A stretch of 48,618 nucleotides of DNA, counting the filler, from Basidiobolus ranarum (taxonomy: Eukaryota): NCBI GenBank assembly GCA_040143965.1. It is 2 parts of 2 records of this genome, joined end to end, with 100 filler letters (N's around TTAATTAATTAA, not from the genome) between each part and the next. Parts side by side here need not be neighbours in the genome. Positions count along the whole stretch, not along the records: positions 24,384 to 48,618 come from JASJQH010000157.1; 1 more part is not named here. The stretch is one strand, 5' to 3'. A program made the translations under genes and the position numbers. The notes beneath the pieces were generated by a model. The model made no database searches. It was not told where the DNA came from and worked only from the letters and a program-made list of their open reading frames with translations. Positions 34,706 to 46,984 of the stretch are shown here, piece after piece (within the stretch, counting starts at the first letter, position 1; each line of letters opens with the position of its first letter).

Positions 34706-36322
34706 ATGTACGCGAAAAGTTTACTTACTTGTTTCGCTTTGTCCTTCACTCTTATCAACGTGAACGCACAACAAATACAAGTTGAAGCCAACCGAACCGA
34801 TGCCGTTGACCTATTCAGTCTGCACAAACAACTTGTGGACATCGAGTCTATATCTGGTAACGAAGTTAAAGTTGGCGACTTCCTCTCCTCATACCTAGAA
34901 AGTTATGGCTGGACTGTAGAGAAGCAGAGGGTCGAAGGGATTAATGGAGGCCCAGCCAGATTCAATCTATTTGCACATACTGGAAACAGAAATCCCAAAG
35001 TGATATTGAATAGTCATATGGATACTGGTACAGTTAGCTAAAGTATTCATCTCAAGTCAAATACTATACTTGCTCAACTAATATACTTTTTTATTTGATC
35101 AACCGACTGGTTAGTTCCTCCATATATTCCCTACAAAATTGAGGGGGATAAAATATCTGGACGAGGCACGAACGATGCCAAAGGTTCTATTGCCTCTCAG
35201 GTCACAGCACTAGCTGAGTTTCGAAAAGAGTCTCCAGAAGAAGCCAAAGAAGTTGGGTAAAGTAGCAGTCACACAAAGCAGTTACGAAAGTATTTGTCGG
35301 GTGCAGTATTCTAAATTTGTGTTGAAAAGGTTGCTGTACGTTGTTGGAGAAGAGAATGATTGCTCTGGAATTACCAAAGCAAACGAGGTGAGTAAAGGCA
35401 TCACTCTCTATTGATAAGCAATTGATTTGCCAACCATTTTACTTATGATGGCCCCTAGTTGCCTCTTACACCAGATGCCTTTATCGTTGGAGAACCCACT
35501 GAGAACAAGTTGGCCTTGGGCCATAAAGGAGTTATGAACTTCAATGTTATCAGTGAAGGTCGGTATATAGAAACATATACGGACTTTTCATATTAGTTGA
35601 CCAGATTGTGTTTGAGTAGGTATCGCTGCTCACTCTGGTTATCCTGAACTTGGAAGATCAGCCATCACGCAGTTGGTCAATGTAGCAACCGCACTAAACA
35701 GCATCGTAAGCCACATTTCAGGGTAAATAGAGTATATGGAAGAGAGCGCATGTTGATGACATTTTATATCTATAATAGGTATTCCCAGGTTCTCACCCAG
35801 TTCTTGGCATCGATACTTTGAATATTGGTATGATCCAGGGTGGTGTAGCGGCAAATGTAGTTCCGGCTTCTGCAAATTTAACAGCGTTTGTAAGAATCGC
35901 CACTAACGCTACGAAGGTTTGGGAAACTATCAAAAATACCGTTGGAAACCCGTTGGGCATTACCTTGAAACTGAACAACGCTAACGATGGTGTTCTTCTT
36001 GATTCTGTTGAAGGTTTTGAAACCATGATAGCTAAATATGGAACAGGTACGGACCTTTATCATACTGTTGAGTTGATAGGTAAAGCTAATTCTCATCTGC
36101 ATAGATTATGACTGCTATAATGGCAAAGCAAAAAAGAAATATCTGATAGGACCAGGTAAGTTAGTCCCATGAGGCTCGGCTAGGAAAGAGATAACTGATC
36201 ACATATTTTTTCTAGGTTCCATCCTGTATGCCCATACCCCCAATGAGCACATTATGAAGGAAGATTTAACTACTGCCGTTAGTCTTTACAAGAAATTGAT
36301 CACTCAATTGTTGAAGCCTTGA
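34706..36322 (+). CDS. Secreted M20-family metallopeptidase (ArgE/DapE-like), about 8 exons
   Basis: Signal peptide. Spliced motifs NSHMDTVPP, GRGTNDAKGS, VVGEEND, IVGEPT, AAHSGYPELG, LNIGMIQGGVAANVVP, GPGSILYAHTPNEHI. Stop TGA 36320-36322. Confidence 0.93.
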
Positions 36323-36932
36323 TTAACGATTGTAAAATGATTCAATATATTCGCATGCACTTGGTTATTATCAAATGGGGAATTCAAAATTTTCCAAATC
36401 GAGATTTTAATTTTGTTGATTTAGACATGTTTAAATTATGACAATCCTCACCAAAATAATAAACTCCATTTGTGACGAACTTTACATTGAGAAACTCGTT
36501 GATGGTAATCTTACCAAGCATGACTCCAAAAATTCCAACTCGATAGTAATCAGTCAGCACTGGGAATGTGACAAAATTACACAACTCCAGCAAATAGGCC
36601 ACGTTTTAGAGCAGCACCAAATATCGTAAATGTTGTAATTACAAACTGGTAGCGCCCATTTAACCATTTCACGACGGACAACCTCCCAAGAGTTGTCAAA
36701 GCTGAATCTTTTGTTTTGCAGGTGAATGGACTACATATTCTTGTACGTACTAAATTCATGCGATCTCTTATCATTATCTTTCGAGCATTAGCTGTTCTGA
36801 GGCAGTTGTAATTCAATTACCACTTGTACAGTGGATGGATGAAAAGAGAATTATTGAAGATTAATTAAATTTCATTTATTAAATCAAATCGAGGTTTCGA
36901 TGTTTTCGATTAGAGTAAAGAAATCAAATTCT

Positions 36933-37364
36933 TTAGACTCTCTTGGCAACTTGAGAGCTAATACGATCAAGATCACGTTGGCCATCAACAGTGAGTTTAC
37001 GACCGCCGGTAGCATTTTGTTCAACGATACCAAGCTTCTCAAGAGATTGAAGAGCCTTACGGTTGACGGAACCAGAGCCATCAGCGTGATGAGAAGGTCT
37101 GGAACCGCGGTTCTTACTACCACCATGGAGGCGTCTCAAGTGACCGACACCAACACTCTTGTGAAGGTAGACGTGACGGGCAATGGAGGCAGCTCTAACG
37201 TAGAACCAGTCCTGGTTGTAGGGACCTAATTCCTTGTAGGTAGCAGTTTTGGCCAAATCAACCCATTTGGGGATTTCAAGCTTACCACTACGCTTTAAAT
37301 GGGCAGCGTAAGCCTTAATGAACTCGTGAGCGTTGACGTCCTTAACGGTGATGCCGCCAGCCAT
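36933..37364 (-). CDS. RPS19: 40S ribosomal protein S19 (eS19)
   Basis: MAGGITVKDVNAHEFIKAYAAHLKRSGKLEIPKWVDLAKTATYKELGP...WFYVRAASIARHVY...GRKLTVDGQRDLDRI. 5'-UTR intron 37365-37498 (GTCAGT...TACTAAC...TAG) ends immediately before the ATG. Confidence 0.98.
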   Translation of the reverse strand: MAGGITVKDVNAHEFIKAYAAHLKRSGKLEIPKWVDLAKTATYKELGPYNQDWFYVRAASIARHVYLHKSVGVGHLRRLHGGSKNRGSRPSHHADGSGSVNRKALQSLEKLGIVEQNATGGRKLTVDGQRDLDRISSQVAKRV

Positions 37365-39782
37365 CTACGTAAGAAAAATGAGGGTTAGTACGGTGCAATC
37401 TTAGATTGTATTTCATGTACGTTGCATTAGCTTCTGGATTGATGAAAATGAACAGAAGTGATATGTCATGCACATGGTAAAAATTATCGGTGACTGACCT
37501 TAATGTAGTCCTAGTAAGGGGAAAGAGAGTGACCTACTCGACAAAATACACTCCTTATACTCGGAATGAAAAATTTCCTTCACTCAGTTTGATTGGTACA
37601 GGAGTCACATGATTTTACAAAATAATAAAATATGGTGGATGTGTTCAGATTTAGATACAATCTAGTAGAGGGTTGAGGTACCAATTTGACATACACGTAC
37701 AGCATCAATCTGCCACTAATTTAGAATTTCCTTTCACAATGCAACCAATATTTTCTTTCAGCTAAATAATAATCAAGGTAATATGACCTGGACTTCCAGC
37801 TAATCTGCGAGAGATGGAAAAGAGAGGCTCTAGCTATCATTAACTCGACAGTTAGAATCATTATAAGATATTAAGATAGCTACAGAGTAATTAGTACTCA
37901 ATTAGAAACACGTAGAACAATAAACTGACAATTAAAGATGGATGGATACAATTTTTAGAATGATATCTTGGCCTATAGCGCTGTTTATTTTTCACTTTTA
38001 TCTCATGGAGCTTCCATCTCGCTCATACTGTACTCGGAAAGATCCAATCCTAACATTCCTCGACGCCAATATTGGTAGGGGAACTTACCTTGTCTGCCTT
38101 GACTATCATTGAAGTTGTTACTACTAGAAAGCCAATGTTGATCAATGAAAAGTTAGAGTATATTGCCATTATCATCCAAAATCCTCTTCAATACAAAATT
38201 CCCTAAGGGCTAGCAGAGGCACATCGTAGATGACAAGTTCACTCAAATACTTGTCAGCAGTCTTGATATCAGGCTCGGTAAAGATTTAGGAACTCCTCAA
38301 GAAGATCCCTGTTCATTGTGACTTTTGTCACTATTGGTATTTGTAAACATATACGGATAGAGCAAGAACTGTTGGTGTCTCCAAGACGAATTAAATTTCT
38401 GGTCATAAAAGTAGAGAAATGAGTATTTTAATTTTGGAAAATTATTCCAAGTAACTTAACTAACATGTAGTCTATTTAGACTAAAAATATTGGACTATAT
38501 TTAAACCTGAGATATATTTCGAATCGAAAGCACGTGGCGGCAGTTTTCTGCGCGAAATGCTCATTTCAGTGCATTTTGCCTCATCGATGAATAAAAAGAA
38601 ATGCATTTTTATGCTCTGTATTACTAAGTAACAAGGCCTCTATTTTTACATTTGATTGGAAGAGTGCAACACCCCCTTATTACAGTCGATCAGTAGATTC
38701 ACCACCATCTTGGCTTCTTACCATTGATTTCTCGAAAACATTGACAATTCAATGCATATCGACTACAGAAGTGCAATCAGGCTCACTACTCTTAGGTGGA
38801 TCACTATAACTTCATCTTAAATACTCCATAAATAAGCCAACGAGCTCTCCAACATGACAAGCTAAAATTTATTCGTCATACCGGAGCTCAAAGTCTCAAC
38901 TAGGTATACCGTTAAGCGACACCATTATTGTGGCTTAGATCTTTCAATATACAGATACCTACCAACATGCTACTGTGCAAAGCCATCTCAAGAGTAATCT
39001 TGATTCAAGTTGGCATATTTAATTCTTTTGTTTCAGAAGACTCCTTAGTAATGTATTTCTTGGTTTGACCAAATCTCACATGGGTGATTAAAGCCTCGTG
39101 TTAATGGTGAAGAATCACCGTTTTCATACACGAAGCACTTCCAATAGGTCTATCTCACCACGTGGACTATCTATCAAGACAAGGGCTGCAAATTGATGTG
39201 TTTAGTCAATAATAATTCAGTATTCTAATAGTCTCGCTATTAGAGTAAATAAGACTCCAGTGGATCTCCGTATAATGTTCAAAGTTTATTTCGAAGTTAT
39301 AAAGATATAATCAATTCAACTCAAACAAAAAGGATTTCCATCGGTAGAAAGCTGTTGAATGCGGAGAGAAAAAGATATGAGTAATGTGTTGCAGAAAATG
39401 AAAAGAAATCCAAGTGGACCATAGTAAGAGCACAAGAGTGATCTAAATACCAAAGAAATACCCAAGAGTTTGAATTATTGGAGAGTAAACAAAGACGAGC
39501 AAAGGAGTTCACATAACGGTTGATGTTGTATAGTTGGGGTGCTGACTTTAGGCGTGAATTCTAGTTTAGCATCAAGGAATCTACTCGAAGAAACTCGAAA
39601 AGAAAGGAAAGACATAAAGTACATGAGGAAACTATGAATACAAAAGACTCTCTAATAGGTGTTTATTAATCGTAGTCTCTTCCTTCCAGAATTCATCTAT
39701 CTGTACTCAAATTCTTCACTAACATCTTAGAGAATCTGGGAGAGCTTAGACCTGCGAAATCATCAATCTCTAAAGCCAATCT

Positions 39783-40673
39783 TTAGAGTCCAATAGAATA
39801 GACTTTCTCCAAATTTTGTTTTTGTATAGCTGCATCACAGAACCTAATGAGATTTAGAATAAGGTTCAAATTTCTTCAAGACGAATGTACTGAGATTCTC
39901 TACACATACTGTTTAAGGCGCTCATTTTCAGCTCCCATATGTTCAAGCTGGGCAATAAGGGCAATTTGAATATTCTTTAAGTGTTGCAGGTATTGAACGG
40001 CTATAATAAAGAAGGAATAGGAATTATTGACCTGAAAAGGCATAACGCGAGGTCATAGATAAACTTACTCTTGTAAAGAATTGCCGCTTTGCTGATTTTC
40101 TTATTGCTACAATTAGGAAGATGACACTTGAGCTCCTCGAACCCGTCCTTAATTTGAGCTCGGCGTTTTTGTTCGGATTGTATGTGGATCTGTCTTCTAA
40201 TCTCTGCATTAGATATGGCAACAGATGAGCTGGATGTAGTAATACAGCTATGAGTTTAAGAGGATTTTAGTAGGAGAAACTGGCTAAAGATCTAGTTTAC
40301 ACCATGCTTACTTGGAATGATCGTTAATCGAGAGATCATCAATTCCCTCCTTCGATTCCTCGGGTTCATTGCGTTTCCTTTTTAGAGGCGGTACTTCAGA
40401 AAGTTGCTCAAACATCTCATGACTGTATTCTGGGAAATCTGATAAAAAGGTTTCAGAAGTGGTAGAGGATTCTGGAGATGCTTCCGGTAAAGATGCATAT
40501 CCCATATCTGCTGGAAAAAACTCTGCTGGTAGGGAGAGTGGATCAAAAGTAAATCCAGGTACCTCAGTTGAATATTGTTCTGTAAAAAGCAATGAATTCA
40601 TCGATTGTTTGGCCTTTGTAATATCATAAGGAAAGAAAAGTAGCTGCTCTTCATCGTAAGTGCGAAGGGACAT
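39783..40673 (-). CDS. bHLH-leucine-zipper transcription factor (Max/Mlx-like); exons 40673-40312, 40247-40069, 40000-39910, 39843-39783
   Basis: Splicing yields NAEIRRQIHIQSEQKRRAQIKDGFEELKCHLPNCSNKKISKAAILYKTVQYLQHLKNIQIALIAQLEHMGAENERLKQFCDAAIQKQNLEKVYSIGL*, with an H-E-R basic region (CACGTG class). Three canonical introns. Confidence 0.92.
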
Positions 40674-43600
40674 GATGATGATGGGAAATTGAGTACTTTG
40701 TATGGGGAATATGGGCTTTCGAAGATATGATAGGAATCAATATTACGACTCTTGGTGAGACAGTGATAGAAGGCGTTTCTAAGTGGATATCAATCTCGCA
40801 AACACTCTTAAATCTGCTGAAGATATTCTGAGAGTAAAAATCACTTAGTGCTGATCTTGTAGTATGGCATTCTAGCTTGGGTATTTATAGCGTACTCCAG
40901 TCTGAATAATGTTTTATGAACGAAGCTCCCACATCCAAATGTTATCAATATTCTGCGACACATTTAAGTGCTCCTGAAATCCCCCTAGTTTACTGCTGCT
41001 AAAGAGGCTAATATCGCATTTTGAGACTTTCTGGTCTTGTGAGTTCATGGACATTGCATATGAGCGTTAGTAGTCTATGCTACATCACGCTTGATACTGT
41101 AAGTGTATCGACACTATGTCTTTATTTCTCGATATTTTCGAGTTGCTTCTTTAAAAAATAGATTTCCAAGGGGTTGTTACAATTTGCGTTCGTAGGACGA
41201 TGGATCCTCAACAATATACAGAGGCAACATTGTTTGAATAATTTCTTGCCAAAGATTCAGAAACCAGACTGGCTAGTTCATTGCTTATCAAAACGGTACG
41301 CTAAGCAAGATCATCTGTAGATCTATAGTTTACCTTTCGATCCAAATCAACCTATCAACAAACCAAACCCGAATCATGCTTTTTGATGGACGATCGGAAC
41401 AATCCAGACTTCTATATTTGAGACCATACTTTGGTTTGAAACCGCCGCTGCAACTCCTATAAGTCGCTAATTGCTCAAGTCCCGACACTTTGCTGATGGT
41501 GTTTAATGGTTACAAGGATATTTGCTAATGCTGACACTCCTGTCATCTGAATCAGTGGACAAAATGTCAACATTGAGAGGCTATTACCAGTTATGTTGCT
41601 TTGACATGGACACTTGATGCGGTCACCAATCTGGAAAGGCCATGGCTAAAACGTAAAACTGCATATCATTTGCACATACGTCTGGTCTATGATATTTGAA
41701 TATTAGATACTTCTAGTGGCGTGCATTACAACACAGACAAGCTAAAGACTCGTTTCGTTAAGCAATTGGCCAATAACTAACTTTTCGCGTGTACCATTGA
41801 TTCAGGAGAGAGGAAAGTCTGGCGATCAGCCAATATAATAACAAACTGCATGCATTACTACTGAAGTTGGCGTCAGCAATTCAACCACATTACAGAAGAA
41901 TTTCCCAACTGTGCTGTTGATTTTACAGAAATTGACGCCCACTCTGAAATAGTCAATATTGGAGTAATGGCAATCTTGCCCCTATCGCTAATATGTTTTA
42001 TTCAAATATTCTTAGAACGCCACCAAGCAGCTTTAACATGCACATAATCTGAGAATAGTTAAATCCAAAACTGCATGATTTAGACAAGTGCTTGGTAAGA
42101 GACCATAATGGTCGCTATTCTCAGCACTCAACCCAAGTTACTAGATGCACGACAATAACAAACATTCCGATCTACGTTATCAACATGAAACAAATGACAC
42201 CATTACAGCCTTTGAACAGCATGTTAAGCTTTTCTACGCAGAGCATTTGATTTCACGCCGATCGATTCTTGAAACCCTCATGCCCCATGATGACCAATAT
42301 CTGTCTATCATTCCATTATTTGGATGGGGATACACATCGTACTTGCAATATACTGATGATCTTACAAATGGCAAATAAATTCGATATGTAACCAATAGTT
42401 CCATTCGATGCATTCCTGGGAGTTACCTCAACATAGCCTGTCCAACAGTCATGGGAATCGAACAGTGCTGATCATACCGAACCTCCGATCAACCGTAACG
42501 TATGGCAAGGCACAACTGATGCGGTAACAAGGAATGACAGACATCGATTATTAATTCGCAGCACGACTGAACATTCCTTTTTGCATTCAGTATCCATCCA
42601 GTGGACTATATGGTCGGCTGCGGATAGCTATAATGATCTACTCACTAAGAAACCCTCTTAATCCATCAACCATTTACAGGTAACCCCATTCTATCAAATG
42701 ATTGAAATACATCAGAGCCAGTGACTATACTTCATGAATACATCTACCGCAATCAGATTGTATTGCACTCAATGTCAACATTTACCCACTTCTATTATAG
42801 TTACTGTAAGGAGGGAGTTTAACAATCTGTAAAGCAACGATACTTGTCGATATCCACGAGCCTGCGCAAACATATCGAAATTTCTAAAGCTCATTTATTC
42901 ACTAGTGTGGAATTGGAGGTCTTAGCCGAGTTGGAAGCTCAGTCTCGATTCTCTGTGGCTTCATAAGTCATATTTGAGGGATTTGGATATATCAATAGGC
43001 AAGGGAGAGTTATAACATACATATTCATTCCTTCTTCAATATGCATTTGTCCAATATCCCAGTACCGATTATACTTTCTACTTTGACATAAAGGCCAACC
43101 CAAACTTCCGTTTCATCACATTGATTGATGAAGCTCATACTGGGTAGGGATCTTGTGCAAATGACTTTTCGATCTACACAGCGATTTATCCGAAGCAATA
43201 TTTACTCGAGAAGCCCCTTTTTCTCCTCAGGAGCAGACCGACCATCCCTGAAAGTTCCCAACTAAACCCAACAATGTCTCCTTTTAGTATTCAAAGAGAA
43301 TACGAGTCCAGACACCTGAGCACCACACTCCTTTGAGAATCCATCATCGTAATATAATGGGTATATATATATTTGGAATACTCGAAATGGCCACGGATAA
43401 ACAATGATTGCTCTTCAATATTCTAAAACACCGATTCCAAACTAGCGGGAGAATCACCATTATTTCACCTAAAAAACGACTGCTGGGGCCGCGGATATAC
43501 GCCTCTTCTGTAATCATACATAGTTCCAATCAACTCTGAGACCCTTGCTTAAATCATCCATTGTCAACATGAGCCGCTTCTAATTCTAGTAATCACTTCT

Positions 43601-44496
43601 ATATATACAAATTAAGCATATCATATTTTGGGGTGATCTGATTTGGGTACGGCATAATTGGATGAATCCCGTTTCCAGAAACCTCGGTAGTGGCCGGCGA
43701 TTTTCATGTACTCTAGTAGCAAATCACGTAAGAGTACCTTCTTAGTATGTTGTACTAGTCTCGATGGAATTACAGTTAGTGTACGTTACAACCATTCAAT
43801 GTTAAGCAAAATATCAAGTTCAGAAACACCCTTGGAGATCTCAATAAAACTCGTTACAGGAAGTCAATTTCCATACTCATCGAGTATATTTCTCAGCTTG
43901 TTGGTTGCAAATTCATCAAAAAACAAGGGTAAATGGCATCCAACATCCGGTCAATATCTAGCAGTCATGGTATCAGACTAAACCCACTGATTAATGGGTT
44001 GCGGAAACTAAATAAAAACGATCGAGACGGATCCTAGCATATTTGGGATGTCTCACTCGGATAGGAACATATCTAACATCCGGCGCGGCATCGAAGCACC
44101 ATCGCCTTCCTAAACCCATCTAAATATCATGAATTGAGTACAATATGGACTAGATCGACATGCTACCCAAACTGGGAAGGAGTTTGCCTAATCTTAGTAG
44201 CTATATCTGCTATAGCATTCATGCACACAGCCTGGTCCAAGAGTAAAAAGTATGTTGACGTTATAGTGTGAACGAATTAATCCGCACTTTATTTTCAAAT
44301 AGGGGAGAAATCCCAGGCGTTTGGAAATGAATAGTTCGCAGGCATGTGATGTAACTCAGTAGCATTTGGGTTATTGGAATTGTACAAAGTGGTATGTTTA
44401 TTATTTACAGGGTTTATGATGAATGTGTTACAAGTATTACGATCTCTCCGTCTAAGAATTGGATAATTTGGAGAATAGCAGTCAACTACACCACGA

Positions 44497-45498
44497 CTAT
44501 AGAATAGGGAGCATGTTTACAACTTCGGAAGAATTCTGTTCATCTGTCTGAGATTCAGGTATGCTTTTTACTTCAGAACCCCAGCCATATCTCGCACGAA
44601 TCTCACGAATAGCGGCTGATACCACTGGATCACACATGAAAGCTATTCCTGCGAAAACTCCTGCCAAAGAACAAACGAAATTTGCAGCCAAATCGCAATG
44701 TCCTAGAACATAGTTGTAGCGATAATCGGTCATAGGGTGGCCAACCACTTGAATCGTTCGGACAGTGAATGTAATCAAACTTGGAGTGAAACTGAGAATA
44801 GGTACAATGGGGTACATGATGATTCGGATGGCAACTCGACTATATTCTCGCCCTTTCTTTCTAGTTCTACGCGCTGAAGTGTCACTATTACTGGTGTCGT
44901 GTAGCAGTACCTTGATTTCTTTTTTCTCCCGATGAATGATACGGAATACAAGTATGACGATCACCAGACAGTAACTTAGCATAATCAACATCCAAAGATC
45001 CGAACTCACCCACCAATATATCATGGTCCATGCCTCGTAGTCGCTCCTAAGCCAGCAAGTTTTAGCAGACAAGGCATACACGAGGCCAGGAATGCTTACA
45101 ACCACTGAGAAGGATATAGACGCCGGTACGTACCAACGGACAATCGTAGCTGATACAGGTGATTTCTTTATAAACACTTTATGCAAGTTGTAGGCGATGC
45201 ATCCAGTTATAAATACTGCAGCTAATTTTGTAACATTTTTGAAATAGTTCGATAAAGCACAAAAGACCGGCGCAGTAGGGTCGGGTTTGAAAAAGCCAAA
45301 CCCTTGATAAAGTAGAATGCAGATTGAACTCCAGAAAGCCAAGTAAAACGAAGTTCGAGAAGTAAGCTCTCGTTTCCAAAGCCAAATCAAAAAAGCGCTT
45401 ATGATTACCACGAACAAAATAGCTATCGAAATGATACGAAAATATGGGGTGATTGCGAGTTCGAAATTTTCCAAATCATTATCTGGGACATTATTCAT
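44497..45498 (-). CDS. Seven-transmembrane GPCR-like protein (cAMP-receptor/Git3-like fungal class), single exon
   Basis: 333 aa with seven hydrophobic segments, Cys at the start of TM3 (FCALSNY) and in ECL2 (TCWL), CIAYNLHKVF, basic third loop, RIIMYPIVPIL in TM6, AFMCDPVV in TM7. Confidence 0.75.
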   Translation of the reverse strand: MNNVPDNDLENFELAITPYFRIISIAILFVVIISAFLIWLWKRELTSRTSFYLAFWSSICILLYQGFGFFKPDPTAPVFCALSNYFKNVTKLAAVFITGCIAYNLHKVFIKKSPVSATIVRWYVPASISFSVVVSIPGLVYALSAKTCWLRSDYEAWTMIYWWVSSDLWMLIMLSYCLVIVILVFRIIHREKKEIKVLLHDTSNSDTSARRTRKKGREYSRVAIRIIMYPIVPILSFTPSLITFTVRTIQVVGHPMTDYRYNYVLGHCDLAANFVCSLAGVFAGIAFMCDPVVSAAIREIRARYGWGSEVKSIPESQTDEQNSSEVVNMLPIL

Positions 45499-46984
45499 TT
45501 CAGTAATAAATTTTCATGAATCGAGAGTGGATAATTATACAAAAGTGATGCCAGGAAAAATGCCACATCGTAGGACAGCAGCAGTCTTTTTAAAGCTCCA
45601 GGAATCTCGGTTTTAATTGGGCCATGCCGGTACGCAAGGTCGAGACCCTCCAGTGCGTCAATGGAACACTCTAATCCGTTTCCGAAGATTCCTTTTTTTA
45701 TTCTGAATAGCGATCCCTGATCACTATCCACTGGATATCAGCCTACGTATCATACTTTTTAGGACTTCATTACTCCAAGTAATAGTCAGCTAACTCTTAT
45801 ATTAGACAAATTGGGACAGCAAAAAGTGAATTCGATTGGCTAAACTATGCATAGAGTCCAGATTTGTGCAATCGCACTTGATGATCAATATAAAATAATC
45901 CATACTAAGGATGATTTTGGGCATCTCATTTAGGTCATAGGACTAGTACGTAAATCCATCTTTGTGGCCAGTAGAGGTTCAGGGCCATAATTGGAAGTCA
46001 TCATCAATGGATAAGGATTGGATGTTGATGATCGATATTATACTATCCAAATTGGGCCTAATTTCTCCAGTTTAGCGTCATATCTTATATAAGCTTACTT
46101 GGTGTTCACCAATTCGGGATGTAGCATTTCCGTCCAAGTTGAAAGCCGGTAGTTTAAAGCTGATGGTTATTTTTAGCCCTGAAATTAATATTACTGGATA
46201 AGAGTTGGACTACTAAAAATTGAGGTGTCTGTCAAATCTAAGGGATTCTTTTGACTATATCCGTGAAATGAGAAACACGCTGGCCAATGATTTGCCCATT
46301 TTATATATATGGAGATTTGAATTGCTTCTTACATAGATATTAGACTTATTGATATCATGCCCAGGTCAAGTGAACTATTGTTTTTTGAATTTGGGGTGAT
46401 AGGGCCGGTGATTTGAAACGTATGCTCTTTTGGCTCGTTTCCACTCGTGAAATACACTCTAAGACAAATAGCCTACCAGAATGATTACCTGATATAGAGA
46501 CGACATGTCGCATTTGTTATTGAGGTTTGGCATTCCTGCTCAAGGTCCTGGGAAAAGTGTAAGGCTATTTATGCAAACGCCAAGGATCATATATTGTTCG
46601 TCAGTTTTAAGTGGAGATCAAGCCAATCGCCACGTTACAAAGTCGTTTGGGTTTGACTGGATTTGCGTTGTTACCATGAGTGTTTCTATCCAAATAAGCC
46701 AAGAAATGGTGTTTTAGAACAGTTGAGCCGCCCAGCCTGTATCTGTGCATCGATATTGTTGTGACAATAGCCTGGACTTTCATATTCCTACCTGCATTAT
46801 CGGCGAGTTAACCAGATCGATAGGGTTGTCTCCAACATCGAATAGCCTTGGAGATGGTAGAGTTAAATTTCAAAGTCTTTTTATTGTATTTGGAACATAC
46901 GAATGAATGAAAAGTCATCGACTAGTGGTTATGCGCACAAACATGAAAATGAATAAAGTGGCTGATTAATGTCTTGCGTATCTT

